Assembly (NCBI GenBank): GCA_002269645.1
Contig: NIVC01001037.1
Span: 248,001-312,000, forward strand
Reading direction: 5' to 3'
Length of the DNA: 64,000 bases
Source: Macrostomum lignano
Taxonomy: Eukaryota
A program made the translations under genes and the position numbers. This document shows, in pieces, positions 12,916 through 26,108 of the stretch. Below the pieces are notes generated by a model, which did no database searches, was not told the origin of the DNA, and saw only the letters and a program-made list of their open reading frames with translations. Position 1 is the first letter of the stretch. Each line of letters begins with the position of its first letter.

Positions 12916-14348
12916 TAGGGGGCGACCGGGACGGCCAAAGTCGGGCCCGGGTCGGGCCCGGGAATGAGGACTCGGGCCCGGGTCGGGCCTCGGGAATTCG
13001 GGACAAGATCTTTAAGACAGCTCAATAATTGGAAAAAAATCATAATAAATCTTAATACTTTTAGCATATGCGGATTACTATTAAATATATAATAAATATA
13101 TTAATATATTATAATATATAAATATATTAAATATATAATAATATATAAATATAATATATTATATTAAATATATAATAAATATTATTTTTATTTAATACAT
13201 TAGTTAAGACTTCAGAATAGATAAGAGTTACATTAAAAGACTTAATACTCAAATATCAATATACTCAATAGTTCAAATTCAATGTCACTGTGTGGCACAA
13301 GTACTGTGTGTGTGCCAGTGACAGTGACACTAACACTTAACAGGCAGTGAGGTAGGCAAGCAGGCACTGCGGTAGTGCGGCTGGCACTGGCAGTGGCAGT
13401 AAGCAAAAAGAAGAAAAGCTGAAGCATTAAGTGTAAGGCACTTGGCATTGGAAGCAGTAAGGAAGTAAGAACCAAATCAATTGATTGATTCTTTTATTTG
13501 AATTTTTAGTTTCTTTACATAGCTTCAATGTAAAGAGCCATGTACACAGTCAGTATTCAATAAGACAACAAGACAAGACAACAGAACAGAACACAAGTGG
13601 TGACAACACAACACAACACTCAACTGTCTCAACAGAACAGGCAAACAGACAATGGAAATACAAGTAATTAGCTGATACCTGCCTACCTGCTCACCTACCT
13701 ACCTAAACGAATATGATTACGAATACGATACTGAGTCTACAACTACAACTACCTACGAATACAATACAAATATGAACACGATTACAAACTCTGATAGATA
13801 GCAAACTTCTTGGAAAAATGGTAGCCTTGGCCCTTAATAGGTACTTCTTGGAACGTAAATAGGAAATGTTATTTACAAAAGCTTAAAAATGACAAATCAA
13901 CTTTTTAAAGAATCATATTTTTGCTTTTAGGCTGCAGCCTGCAGCGTGTAAAGTGGAATCAATATTGCATCAACTATGTTTTAATTTTATCTTCCTGGAA
14001 AAAATCCGATCTTCCTGGAAAGTGGAAACTGGCTGTGGCTGACGCTCACGGTCACAGACGCTCACGCTTAGAGCCTACTACGAATCAATGATATTGCTAC
14101 TTCACATCATATCATCTATTACTATTACTGCAGTCGTGCAGTGCTTGAGTCTTGAGTGCTGATGCAATGCTTAACTGAGTGTTGTGCTGTGCTGTGAATA
14201 AAAATAATTTTATTCTTATTTGCACGCGGTTAGTGCCTTTAGGGAAAAAATACTTGTCCCGATTTCCCGACTTTTTTAGGGTCGGGCCACGATTTTGGTC
14301 GGGATTCCCGACTTTTCGGGCCCGGGCCCGGGACTGGGTCGCCCCCTA
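12916..14348. mobile_element. Non-autonomous hAT-superfamily DNA transposon (MITE-like, 1433 bp)
   Basis: Perfect 12-bp TIRs: TAGGGGGCGACC (12916-12927) and GGTCGCCCCCTA (14337-14348). Exact 8-bp TSD GTCAGAAA at 12908-12915 and 14349-14356. TCGGG/CCCGA subterminal repeats at both ends, an AT-rich interior and no transposase ORF. Confidence 0.92.
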
Positions 14349-14863
14349 GTCAGAAAAGGTTGTCCAACTCACAGGGAATCATCGTCAGACGCATGAATCT
14401 AAGAAATGGCAATCACAATATTTTTCATCACCCTCCAGGGTTTCTACTATTAGTAGTAAAACAGACAACGAACGATATATCAATATTTCGCTGAACTTAG
14501 CTATTAGTTCTCTCGGAGGTTTGAGTACAAAAAATCATGGCCTCTCGACAGACGCGCCATGGCAACCGTGGTGCAATGATAAGCGTATCGACTCGCCAAG
14601 TTGCCAGTGCAACAACGAGGCTTCAGGCTTCTCAGAATCACTTCTTCTCCCATTGAAATCCGCCTCGCACCTGTAAAAAAGCACCCGAGAAGCTGCGTCA
14701 AGAGCGCCATCGTTCGGCTGAACTCCGGCTCGCATTGGAGAGCAAAAAAACCCTCGGCTGAGACCCGCAAGACGGTCTCTCTATCTGGCATTGGCTGGTC
14801 CCGGTTGCTCTGTATAAAACTGCGTTTAACGGCTACGAAAAAGCTCAAGAGCTCAGAGCAGCC

Positions 14864-15846
14864 ATGCTAAGTCACTGGTTTGTCATTCAGCTACTACGCT
14901 GCAGTCTCATCTGCTTGGCCAGCAGCGAGCGGCCACTGGAGTCGGTGGCGGAGGCGGCGGGGAACCACAGCGGGGTGGTGGACAGAATTGTGGAGCACAT
15001 ATTCCGCGGCTACAACAAGCACCAGCGGCCGTCGCCTCACTGCGACAGGGATGGCTCCACCACCAAAGCCGGCAACGAAATTTTGCTTGTCGAGCCTCCG
15101 ACTGAGGTGTTCGTCAACATGAAGATACTCAGCATCAACAAGGTGGACGTCATCAACATGGAGTTCACGCTGGACATGTACCTGCGCCAGTACTGGAAGG
15201 ACCACCGCCTCATGTGGAACCACAACCAGTTCCGCTTCTACAACGAGTCCATCGCCATTCCCGCCAAGAAGGAGAACCTCTGGCTGCCGGACCTGTTCTT
15301 CCGCAACGGCAAGGAGGGCTACCTGCACAAGATGACGCAGCCGAACTACCTGATCAGGGTGGACCCGGACGGCAGCATTCTGTACTCGCAGAAGGTGACC
15401 ATGAAGTTCTCTTGCCAGATGCAGCTGCAGACGTTTCCTATGGACACGCAGACGTGCTACATCAACATCGGCAGCTACGCGTACACTACTAAGAACCTGG
15501 TGTTCCACTGGAAGCGGGAGCAGAGCACCACCCAGCCAGTGGAGCTGGACACATCCATGCAGATCTCCGAGTTCAACACCCCGGCTGGCGTGGCTGTCAG
15601 CGACTGCACTCGAGACAGCGCGACAACCACAGGCAGCTACGCGTGCCTGAAGGCCGTCTTCAAGCTGGAGCGGCAGCTGGGGAGCTACCTGTCCGGCACC
15701 TACATCCCCGCCATCCTGATTGTTGCCGTCAGCTGGCTCAATTTCTGGATCAACGTTGAGGCCGTGCCCGCCAGAGTGACTCTGGGGCTGCTCACCCTGC
15801 TGGGCATCCTCACCCAGGCGTCCACCGTGATGGGCAGCCTGCCAAG
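14864..15846 (+). CDS. Cys-loop ligand-gated anion channel (GluCl/GlyR-like), variable exon B: signal peptide, extracellular domain, M1, M2
   Basis: gccATG at 14864, signal peptide MLSHWFVIQLLRCSLICLASS, the same Cys-loop motifs, M2 PARVTLGLLTLL. Donor AG|GTTTAG (phase 2) inside LPR. Joined to 18459..18942 it gives a 488-aa ORF. Confidence 0.92.
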
Positions 15847-15914
15847 GTTTAGCACTGGGTTTCTTGGCGTGCTGATATCGTTTCGTTCCTTGGGTCTGAG
15901 GGATGTTTAATAGG

Positions 15915-16250
15915 TGCTGTCACAGCTTAGTGACTCAGGTGCAATAAGAGCTTAGTCAATCAGGTGCAATTAGAGCTTAGTGACTCAGGTGCTATCAGGT
16001 CTTAGTGACTCAGGTGCTATCAGAGCTTAGTGACTCAGGTGCAATTAGAGCTTATTGACTCAGGTGCAATCAGAGCTTAGTGACTCAGGTGCTATCAGGT
16101 CTTAGTGACTCAGGTGCTATCAGAGCTTAGTGACTCAGGTGCTATCAGAGCTTAGTGACTCAGGTGCTATCAGGTCTTAGTGACTCAGGTGCAATCAGAG
16201 CTTAGTGACTCAGGTGCAATCAGAGCTTAGTGACTCAGGTGCAATCAGAG
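15915..16250. repeat. Intronic minisatellite, 25 bp unit (CAGAGCTTAGTGACTCAGGTGCAAT)
   Basis: About 13 tandem copies, about a dozen of which contain TGACTCA. Confidence 0.94.
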
Positions 16251-16959
16251 CGTAGCCCTTTAACATTTAATCGCTCTTAAGCTCTTGTCAGACTCTCCGG
16301 GCCACAGAAACTTCTGTTCGCCCCCTGATCCCTCAGAGAACTCGGTTTCTTAGTGTCTTAATCGCTAACATTGCCAGCTGCAGAAATCCAGCAGTTACAA
16401 GTGAATAGAAACCCCCAGCATCCATAGGTGCCACATCCCAGCTCCCTGTAAGTTCATCTATTTCCAGCACCGGGATGGAGTTGCAAGCACAGCATCATCT
16501 ATCCAGAACTGCACCGCGTTAGTGAAGTGCAAGTCGGCCCCTGGGTCTCAGGTCAATCTCTTCCCTCCATCATAGTCCAGCTTATCTCCGCTGAACAGAC
16601 TGTCCAGCTCCCGGGATCAGTCATCGTCAGCGCTGTTTATGGCCTAATTTAATTAGGCCTCGGAAATAAAGCATTCACGCTCAACGTAGGGCAGGCTTCC
16701 AGTCTCTTTGTCCCTCCATCCGGGGTGAGCCATCGTCAATGAGCAGCAACTGAATTAATGCGCGAGTTTGTTACTTGCGTTTATTACTGCACTTTTCAGG
16801 TGGAGCAGGAAGAAAGTTACAGGAAGTTTGGGATTTTCATTTCATTCGGCATTGACGTTAATTGCTATTTCAATTCTTAGCATTGAGAGGCCTGCTGAAG
16901 CAGATGGAAATTGCCCTCGCATATCCAGGGACTACTTAAACTGCGCATATCGTGCCAAC

Positions 16960-17108
<149 letters not shown>

Positions 17109-17439
17109 GCTTTTGCCGCAGGCATTATGCGAGAATTTCTAAACAGAATTTGTCTATGGCCAAACCTCATTAAGCGCTGTGCGAAAGGAAACAATTCTTT
17201 GAGAAACCCGTTTAGAAAACAAAATGTTTCTTGATAGACTTGGTTAGTTTAGCATTCCTCCGCTTCGGCGGTCCGTGTTTGGAAGATGCATTTTAAAAAA
17301 TCAACGATGATTTGCAACTCATGCTACTTACTTCCTAATTAGCCTGTATGAAACACGATAATGCGGTAGGCGCAGTTTAAGAATTTGGCCTCAGACTCTT
17401 TAAGTGGCTCACTGTTTGGGCCTTGGAAATAAACAAGGA

Positions 17440-18415
17440 TGAATGGATAAATGGATGAATTAATGAATGGATGAAGGGATGAAGAGATACGTGAATGAAG
17501 GGATGAAGGGATGAAGGGATGAAGGGATGAAAGGAATGAAGGGATTAATGTACGAATGAATGAATGAATGGATGATAAGATAATAGGGGAAGGGATGAAT
17601 GGATGAATGAATGAAGGGATGAATGGATGAAGGGATGAATGGATGAAGGGATGAATGGATGAAGGGATGAAGGGATGAATGGATGAAGGGATGAATGGAT
17701 GAAGGGATGAAGGGATGAATGGATGAAGGGATGAAGGGATGAATGGATGAATGAATGAAGGGATGAATAGATGAAGGGATGAATGGATGAAGGGATGAAG
17801 GGATGAATGGATGAAGGGATGAATGGATGAAGGGATGAAGGGATGAATGGATGAAGGGATGAATGGATGAAGGGATGAATGGATGAAGGGATGAATGGAT
17901 GAAGGGATGAATGGATGAAGGGATGAATGGATGAAGGGATGAAGGGATGAATGGATGAAGGGATGAATGGATGAAGGGATGAATGGATGAAGGGATGAAG
18001 GGATGAATGGATAAAAGGATGAATGGATGAAGGGATGAATGGATGAATGGATGAAGGGATGAATGGATGAAAGGATGAATGGATGAATGGATGAAGGGAT
18101 GAAGGGATGAATGGATGAAGGGATGAAGGGATGAATGGATGAATGGATGAACGGACGAAGGGATGAATGGATGAAGTGATGAAGGGATGAAGGGTGAAGG
18201 GATGAAGGGATGAAGGGATGAATGGATGAAGGGATGAAGGGATGAATGGATGAAGGGATGAAGGGATGAAGGGATGAATGGATGAAGGGATGAAGGGATG
18301 AAGGGATGAAGGGATGAATGGATGAATGGATGAAGGGATGAAGGGATGAAGGGATGAAGGGATGAATGGATGAAGGGATGAAGGGATGAAGGGATGAAGG
18401 GATGAAGGGATGAAG
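17440..18415. repeat. Purine-rich compound satellite (GGATGAA[G/T])n
   Basis: About 1 kb of GATGAAGG/GATGAATG units ending ~40 nt before the acceptor at 18457-58. Confidence 0.95.
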
Positions 18416-18458
18416 TGAGAAAGCAGACCTTCACGCACCGCCAACCGCAACTCCGCAG

Positions 18459-18942
18459 GGTGGCGTACATCAAGGCCATAGACATCTGGATCATCGCCAG
18501 CATCATGTTCGTCATCGGCGCTCTGATCGAATTTGCTGTGGCCTCATTCCGCGCCAGGCGCACCAAGATGGAGAGCTGGCAGCGCGAGATTCGCGGCGTT
18601 GTCCGCTCGGAGCTGCAGCGGCTGGCCGTCATCCGCGGCGGCGGCCTCCCGCCCGGCCTGCCCTGCCACGGCGGCGGCGGCGGCAACCTGCACGGCTATC
18701 CCGGCTTCCCGGAGGAGCTCGAGGACCTCCTGACTGCCAGCGTTGAGGACGGCGGCGGCGGTGGTGGAGCCGGCGGTCCTCACGGCAACAACAAAGGAGC
18801 GCCACCGGCTCCGGTGCCATCGCCAGACTCCGACATCGACACCTACAGCCGGTTCGTGTTCCCCGCCTGCTTCCTGCTGTACAACTGCTTCTACTGGCTG
18901 TACTACCTGGTGCTGGTGAGCACCATCAACCCTGATGAGTGA
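18459..18942 (+). CDS. Cys-loop anion channel terminal exon: M2-M3 linker end, M3, intracellular loop, M4
   Basis: Acceptor caactccgcAG|G completes the Arg of LPR and continues VAYIKAIDIWIIASIMFVIGALIEFA (M3) ... DIDTYSRFVFPACFLLYNCFYWLYY (M4). Stop TGA at 18940-42. Confidence 0.93.
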
Positions 18943-19189
18943 CTGGGGCAGCCGCCGCGGCTCCGAGGACCCGACAAAGGACTGCCTTATTGACAGGCTT
19001 TTGAGACATCGCGGTGGTTTTGGGAGTGAATGCTTGCTTGACTGGGGCATCTGCTGCGAAGGCACAGAGAGGGCAGTCTGTCTGCCTGTGTACACCAGGG
19101 CGTAGCCAGGATGAGGCCAGGGCCCCCCCAATCAACTGGAAAAAGCACATGGTGCCCTTTTCAGTATTAGTTTTGATGGCCCTGACGCT

Positions 19190-20030
19190 GGCGCCCAATC
19201 ATGTGGAATGGCGCCCAATCATGTGGAATGGCGCCCAGTCATGTGGAATGGCGCCCAATCATGTGGAATGGCGCCCAATCATATGGAATGGCGCCCAATC
19301 ATGTGGAATGGCGCCCAATCATGTGGAATGGCGCCCAATCATATGGAATGGCGCCCAATCATGTGGAATGGCGCCCAATCATGTGAAATGGCGCCCAATC
19401 ATATGGAATGGCGCCCAATCATGTGGAATGGCGCCCAATCATGTGAAATGGCGCCCAATGACACGAAATAGCTAAATCATATGAAGTGGCGCCCAATAAA
19501 TTGAAATGGCGCCCAATCTGTATGAAATGGCGCCCAATCATATGAAATGGTGCCCAATCATCTGAAATGGCGCCCAATCATATGGAATGGCACCCGATCA
19601 TATGAAATGGTGCCCAATCATTTGGAATGGCGCCCAATCAAATGAAATGGTGCCCCAATCATATGAAATGGCGCCCAATGACACGAAATGGCGCCCAATC
19701 ATATAAAATGGTGCCCAATCATATGGAATGGCGCCCAATCATATGGAATGGCGCCCAATTATGTGGAATGGCGCCCAATGACACGAAATTCCGCCTAATA
19801 ACACGAAATAGCCAAATCATATGAAGTGGCACCCAATAAATTGAAATGGCGCCCAATCATCTGGAATGGCGCCCAATCATCTGGAATGGCGCCCAATCAT
19901 TTGAAATGGCACCCGATAATATACCGGTAAAATGGTTATATAATGGCGCCAAATCATATGGAACGGCGCCCAATGACACGGAATGGCGCCCAATCACATG
20001 AAATTGGCGCCAAACTACATCGAATGGCGC
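19190..20030. repeat. Minisatellite, 20 bp unit (ATGGCGCCCAATCATGTGGA), decaying 3'
   Basis: About 35-40 copies, near-perfect at the 5' end and degenerate at the 3' end. Confidence 0.94.
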
Positions 20031-20573
20031 CCCATACAGAACCCTGGCTGCACCCCTGAAATACTCAAAGCAAGTCAGGCCAGTCCCTTTGCGAGAGAAT
20101 GCAGAAAGCTGCACAGACTGAAAGACAAATGTAAGATCACCAATTTTTTCCTCCCGAACTGTTATTTTTCTGCTTTCAATTGACCGCTTAAAACTCTCTA
20201 GTCTTGTGGTGTGAGGTTTCCATTCTCGTGTTTCACTTACGAGCTATAATTGTTTCTTTTTAAAATTGGCTCTTTGAGCAGACTGAGGACAGCTTTCTAA
20301 AATATGGCAACGTAGAAACTAAAGCTGCTCAAAGACCTGTCCTGAGTCTGAGTTTGAGTCTGTAGTATTAAAAAATTTGTTCCTGCGATCTTGCACTACT
20401 AAGCATATCTACCGTTCAATCTTAGTTCGGGTGCTCGCATGTGCACCTTTGAATTGATCCGATTGGAGACTTAAATAAATATTGTATTTTATGCAGCGCC
20501 CACTGCTTTCCAGAAATTATGTAATAGTAACATTATTGATAACTGGGTCTTTAACTGGGTCTTGAGGTCACTG

Positions 20574-21748
<1,175 letters not shown>

Positions 21749-22355
21749 AGACCTTGACTTTAATTTTGGCCTTAAAGTTCGCATCGTATTCTGAGTGCGC
21801 TTAAGACACAATGCGCAATGCGAATGCCCAGACAGCAGAAGCGGAGGACACGACCCTGGCCCTGCCTCAGCCGAAACTGGAAAGCGAAACCAGAAGCTTC
21901 TTACGTTCAAACTCTCTGGATCATCATTTTCAGGGAAAAGTCAGTCGACTTAGTCAATGCTTAGTTAAACTTAGTTAATTGGGCTCTCATATGTGTAATA
22001 AAAATCTAGGGTAAAGGATAAAGGCCACTTGAGGACACACCCAAACGTTAAATAAAAACTTAGTAAGAGAGCCACACAGAAAGGGTTTGAGTTGAAACTG
22101 TCTTCTGCGAAAGACAGACACAGGTCAGTAGATTGAGTGGGGGGCAGGAGGCGGGTTTTTGGCCCTCTCAGTAGGGCAGGTAGGGCGCAAGGTGAGCTTA
22201 GGTGGTCAATAAAATGCAGTGCATTGATGAAAAAAGCCTGGAAACTGTAATACGATGGTGTACAGGGGCAGAACTACAGAGCGACTGACGAGTTCAAAAT
22301 ATTGGCACGCGCAGGCACTGCAAGAGCAGGCATTGTGAAGCTCATCTGGTTTGCG

Positions 22356-25300
22356 ATGGTTCGCATCGCCGGCTTTCGCAAAGTCGTCCGCTGTTGGATT
22401 CTGTTCTGTGCTGCAGTGGCGATCGCAGCAGGGGCTGCAGTGCACTTTTGCTGGCCAGAAACCGCTGGCCAACCGGCCCCAGCTGAAGCTAAGCTGCTCA
22501 GCTCCGACCATCTTGAAACTCCAGTCAATGGCAACAACGTGAACCTGACTGAGTCGCGTGTCAGACGTCGGGTGCCCTGGTGCGGCAACACCAGGCTGTT
22601 ATCGCCAGTTACCGCTCAGGTAGTCCTTGACTCAGAATTGATACCCTTATGAGATTTCCTCACTTTTTCTGTATTTTCTCCAAACTGATATACTTAATGT
22701 ATAAGACAAACTGGGCTTTCTATTTGATACCCTTTTCTGTATGATCCCAGGCCTTTTGCTTGCGGATTTGGCTACAACCTGATCTGCTCTGGGTCTTCTG
22801 TTGTTGGGCCAACGCCCTACCAGATCTTCAGCTGGTGGTCACCGACCTCCCAGATCCTCAGTCGCTGGGCCACCGCCGCTCTCCCAGATCCTCAGCTGCT
22901 AGGTCACCGCCGCTCTCCCAGATCCTCAGCTGCTGGGCCACCGCCGCTCTCCCAGATCCTCAGTCGCTGGGCCACCGCCGCTCTCCCAGATCCTCAGTCG
23001 CTGGGCCACCGCCGCTCTCCCAGATCCTCAGCTGCTAGGTCACCGCCGCTCTCCCAGATCCTCAGCTGCTGGGCCACCGCCGCTCTCCCAGATCCTCAGT
23101 CGCTGGGCCACCGCCGCTCTCCCAGATCCTCAGTCGCTGGGCCAGTCTTCCAGATACTCAGTCGCTAGCCACAGCCGCCGAGATCAATGGGTGTTATTTC
23201 TCTACAATGCATGTTGCTCTACACATGAATCTATGCATTCTCTATCGTCTGCATGAAAGAAATCATGCCATATATGCAAACTATACACATGTAGTATTTT
23301 ACCATATGCATATAACACCGTGCCGTATAGCACCGCAGGCATGAACTTTTAGCTGCTACTGACCGCAAAGCATTAGTGGATAGCTAGTTTTCGAAATCAC
23401 CATAGAAAACTGCAGTAAAAGCTTTCTTGGAAAAATGATTAACACAAAGCTTCAATGTCACTCACTGCATGTACTCTGCACAAAAGGAGTTCCAATTTCT
23501 GAGCAGCCACAGAAGCAACCGAGACCTGTTGGTCTATTCGGCCTTCTACGATCCGAGACTGGCCCCCCGGAAGCCGATAATCCGTAGCACCGGAATCGCC
23601 CGCAATGTCGGCATGAGTGGCCTGATGTGCCAGCTGTGGTACCGGCGGTGGTCGCAGGTGATGGTCACCATGCAAGCTCACGTGGAACGCCTGCCAGAGG
23701 GAGACAGTCGGCGCTACCAGGCTGTGTTGATTACCTGCAGCACTTCCTCCAAGGTTGAAGAGATACCCAGTGCTGTGTCATTTGCATGGTGAGTAAAACT
23801 GTGCCTAAACAGGTGAATCTGATAGCTAAAGATGACAGCAAGATGTAAGAATCACTGCTCCGAACCAAACCAACTGGGATCGATAACTGGTCCGACTGGC
23901 AGCACATCCCGGTCTCCCTCCCTTGAGAAACCCATGGCATAAAGAGGATAAAATTAGGATTTCATGAGGATGCACGCCTCCTCGGTAATCTGAGTAGCTG
24001 CGGCCGGAGTCCTTTAATCCCGTTCGTGACTCGGGACCGCAGAGCCTCGACCAAGACTTCTTCAGTCTTTAGCGAATTCTGTCACCTAGTGTTCTCCGAG
24101 CGAAAAATTTCACATCCTCGTGGTGCTTGGCTGGTTGTTCCCTTAGACATGGGTTCCGAAGTTTGACTGTGAACCCGACAGTAGAGGAGGTGGTGAGAAA
24201 GGTCCTTGTCGGCTCTTCGATGAGGTGAAATACCCATGTAGAAAAAGGACATAACTAATTCTTTGGACAAAGCGACCGGACGCAAGTTGCTTCCGCTTCC
24301 GCAGGTCGCACTGCGCCCAGCCCGCCGGCTTCCTCCCGGTGCGCGTTCTGCCGTCAACGCCGGTCCGCAACGGCCAGTTTGCCGTGTGCATGTCGCCACT
24401 TCACTCGTCTTACGACAATGTTGATGAAGCGGTGCAGACGCTCGAGTTGAACCGCCTGTTCGGTGCCAACCGGTTCTTTGTGTATAGTTTCGCATCGAGC
24501 AAGCGGGTGGCATCGCTGCTTGCCAGCAAACACGTGAGTGATGAAGTGGCACTGTGGGAACTGCAGTTAAACATAGTTGTTGGTAGCTACATGTACATGA
24601 ATTGCAACTCATTACCCATTGGGATTTCTGACAAGAATTGAATTTATGTGTAGCTCTTCACTTTGTGATCTAAACTTTGTGAACTTTGTACAAGCGTCCC
24701 ATTTCAGACTTCTATCTTGGATCTGCATCAGCCACCCTTCGCACCCTTTCGCACCTGCAGTATGCCAAGGACGTCACCGTCCTGCCCTTCCAACCGCCGG
24801 TAAACGTGGATAGGTGGCCACAGCCAAGCAACTACACAGTGGAAGTGAAACACTTCGCCCAGATGGCCATGCTGCAGGACTGTGTGATGCGCGCCTCTGC
24901 CAAATACGAGTTCGCTGTATTCACCGACATGAACGAGGTCGTTGTACCGAGAAGCAAGGGTCTTAGCAACTGGCGGGACCTGGTTCGAGCCCGCATGTCG
25001 GACAATAAAACCGCTGGCCTGTCACTTCAGCACGCAGATTTCTGGCTGGAGTGGCCCGCCGATAGCGAGATGTCAGCCAACGCCACGATCTCCGGCCTGA
25101 AGCTGAGCGCTCTGCTGAAACTGCACCACGACGAGGTGCGCCTACACGGCACCCCGTCAAAGATGATCGTCAAGCCGCATTTCGTGCAACTCATGGGCGT
25201 GCAGTTGATGTGGCGGTACACCAAAGGTTGGGGCACAGAGTATGTCAACTTCCGGCTCGCTGGCGTGCATCGCTACCGAAGCTGGAAGGACCTCGGTCCA

Positions 25301-25420
25301 CAGGACAGCGATCAAGTTCGCGATCCGACCCTGCTGCGCTATAGGGAGCAGCTCGTTGCTAACGTTCTGCGAGCCAGGACTGCCCTGGGCCTGCCCCTGC
25401 CTATCCATATTTCTGATTGA
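22356..25420 (+). CDS. Glycosyltransferase family 92 / DUF23-type type II membrane protein; exons 22356..22619, 23487..23788, 24305..24533, 24761..25420 (484 aa)
   Basis: N-terminal TM (WILFCAAVAIAAGAAVHF), then motifs LVYSAFYDPR, FAVCMSPL, ELNRLFGANRFFVY, QMAMLQDC, FAVFTDMNEVVVP, SKMIVKP, VHRYR. All three junctions are GT-AG and phase-compatible (0, 2, 0). The first junction has the weakest sites. Confidence 0.8.
22825..23150. repeat. Intronic minisatellite, 34 bp unit (CCGCCGCTCTCCCAGATCCTCAG[TC/CT]GCTGGGCCA)
   Basis: About 9 copies in intron 1 of the GT92 gene. Confidence 0.92.
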
Positions 25421-25879
25421 GGTGTATATAGAGTTGCCATGTCAACAAATCTGAAAAGCTGAAGCGGGTGAAATTCGAGCTCCCGACCTCCCCGTCTGGT
25501 CACACAGATTTCTGTCTATGGCTGTAAATTCACGCTAAATTATCAGCGCAAACTCAGTGGATCTCAAATACTCATGCGTTTAACACAAGGACCCTTTGAT
25601 AACATCGTAACGAAGACGTCATTTTAGTACCCTTGCTACTCAAACAAAGCTAGATACGCATGTATAAGGCGTATTCGAGTAGCTCAATACTGACTTGCTT
25701 TTACTGTTTCGTAAAACAATTTTAACTCAATTATACTCGTACTACGAATTATCAAAAACGCTTATGGATGGCAGTAGTATCTTACGTTTGAGAACTCTTA
25801 ATTAATTCTTAATCAAGTTTTTAATTTGTTTCATAAATACACATTTAATTTCAGCGGTTTGAAATTGAAAATACAGATA

Positions 25880-25882
25880 GAT

Positions 25883-25935
<53 letters not shown>

Positions 25936-25936
25936 G
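25880..25936. repeat. Short (GACA)n microsatellite
   Basis: Directly visible. Confidence 0.9.
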
Positions 25937-26108
25937 CAACTCATTGAAATAAAAAAGTTATAAAATAGTATTGTAAAGAAGATCGGTAGATTTGCACCAA
26001 ATGGAACAAGTCTTCGTAGCTTTTTGTTCAGATTAACACAAGCAACTGTTAATAGACAAGAAGAGAGTTCAGATAAGACAAAAGAAAGTCGTTCAATTTT
26101 ATCGGGCC

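Noticed and set aside
14553-14566. RFX X-box-like CGCGCCATGGCAAC upstream of exon B
   Set aside because: Only the right half matches the consensus, which is not enough without functional data.
15847-15910. Read-through C-terminus of the 348-aa ORF (FSTGFLGVLISF..) as an alternative M3
   Set aside because: It is intronic sequence after a valid donor and lacks M3 motifs; the true continuation is at 18459.
17460-18686. 408-aa minus-strand ORF (HPFIPSSL repeats), and similar long ORFs at 3665..4369, 4892..5517, 7299..8068, 20489..21910, 46120..46814, 51743..52416, 52716..53391 and 57498..58571
   Set aside because: They are translations of stop-free tandem repeats, open in several frames, with no domain content; most lie in introns of real genes.
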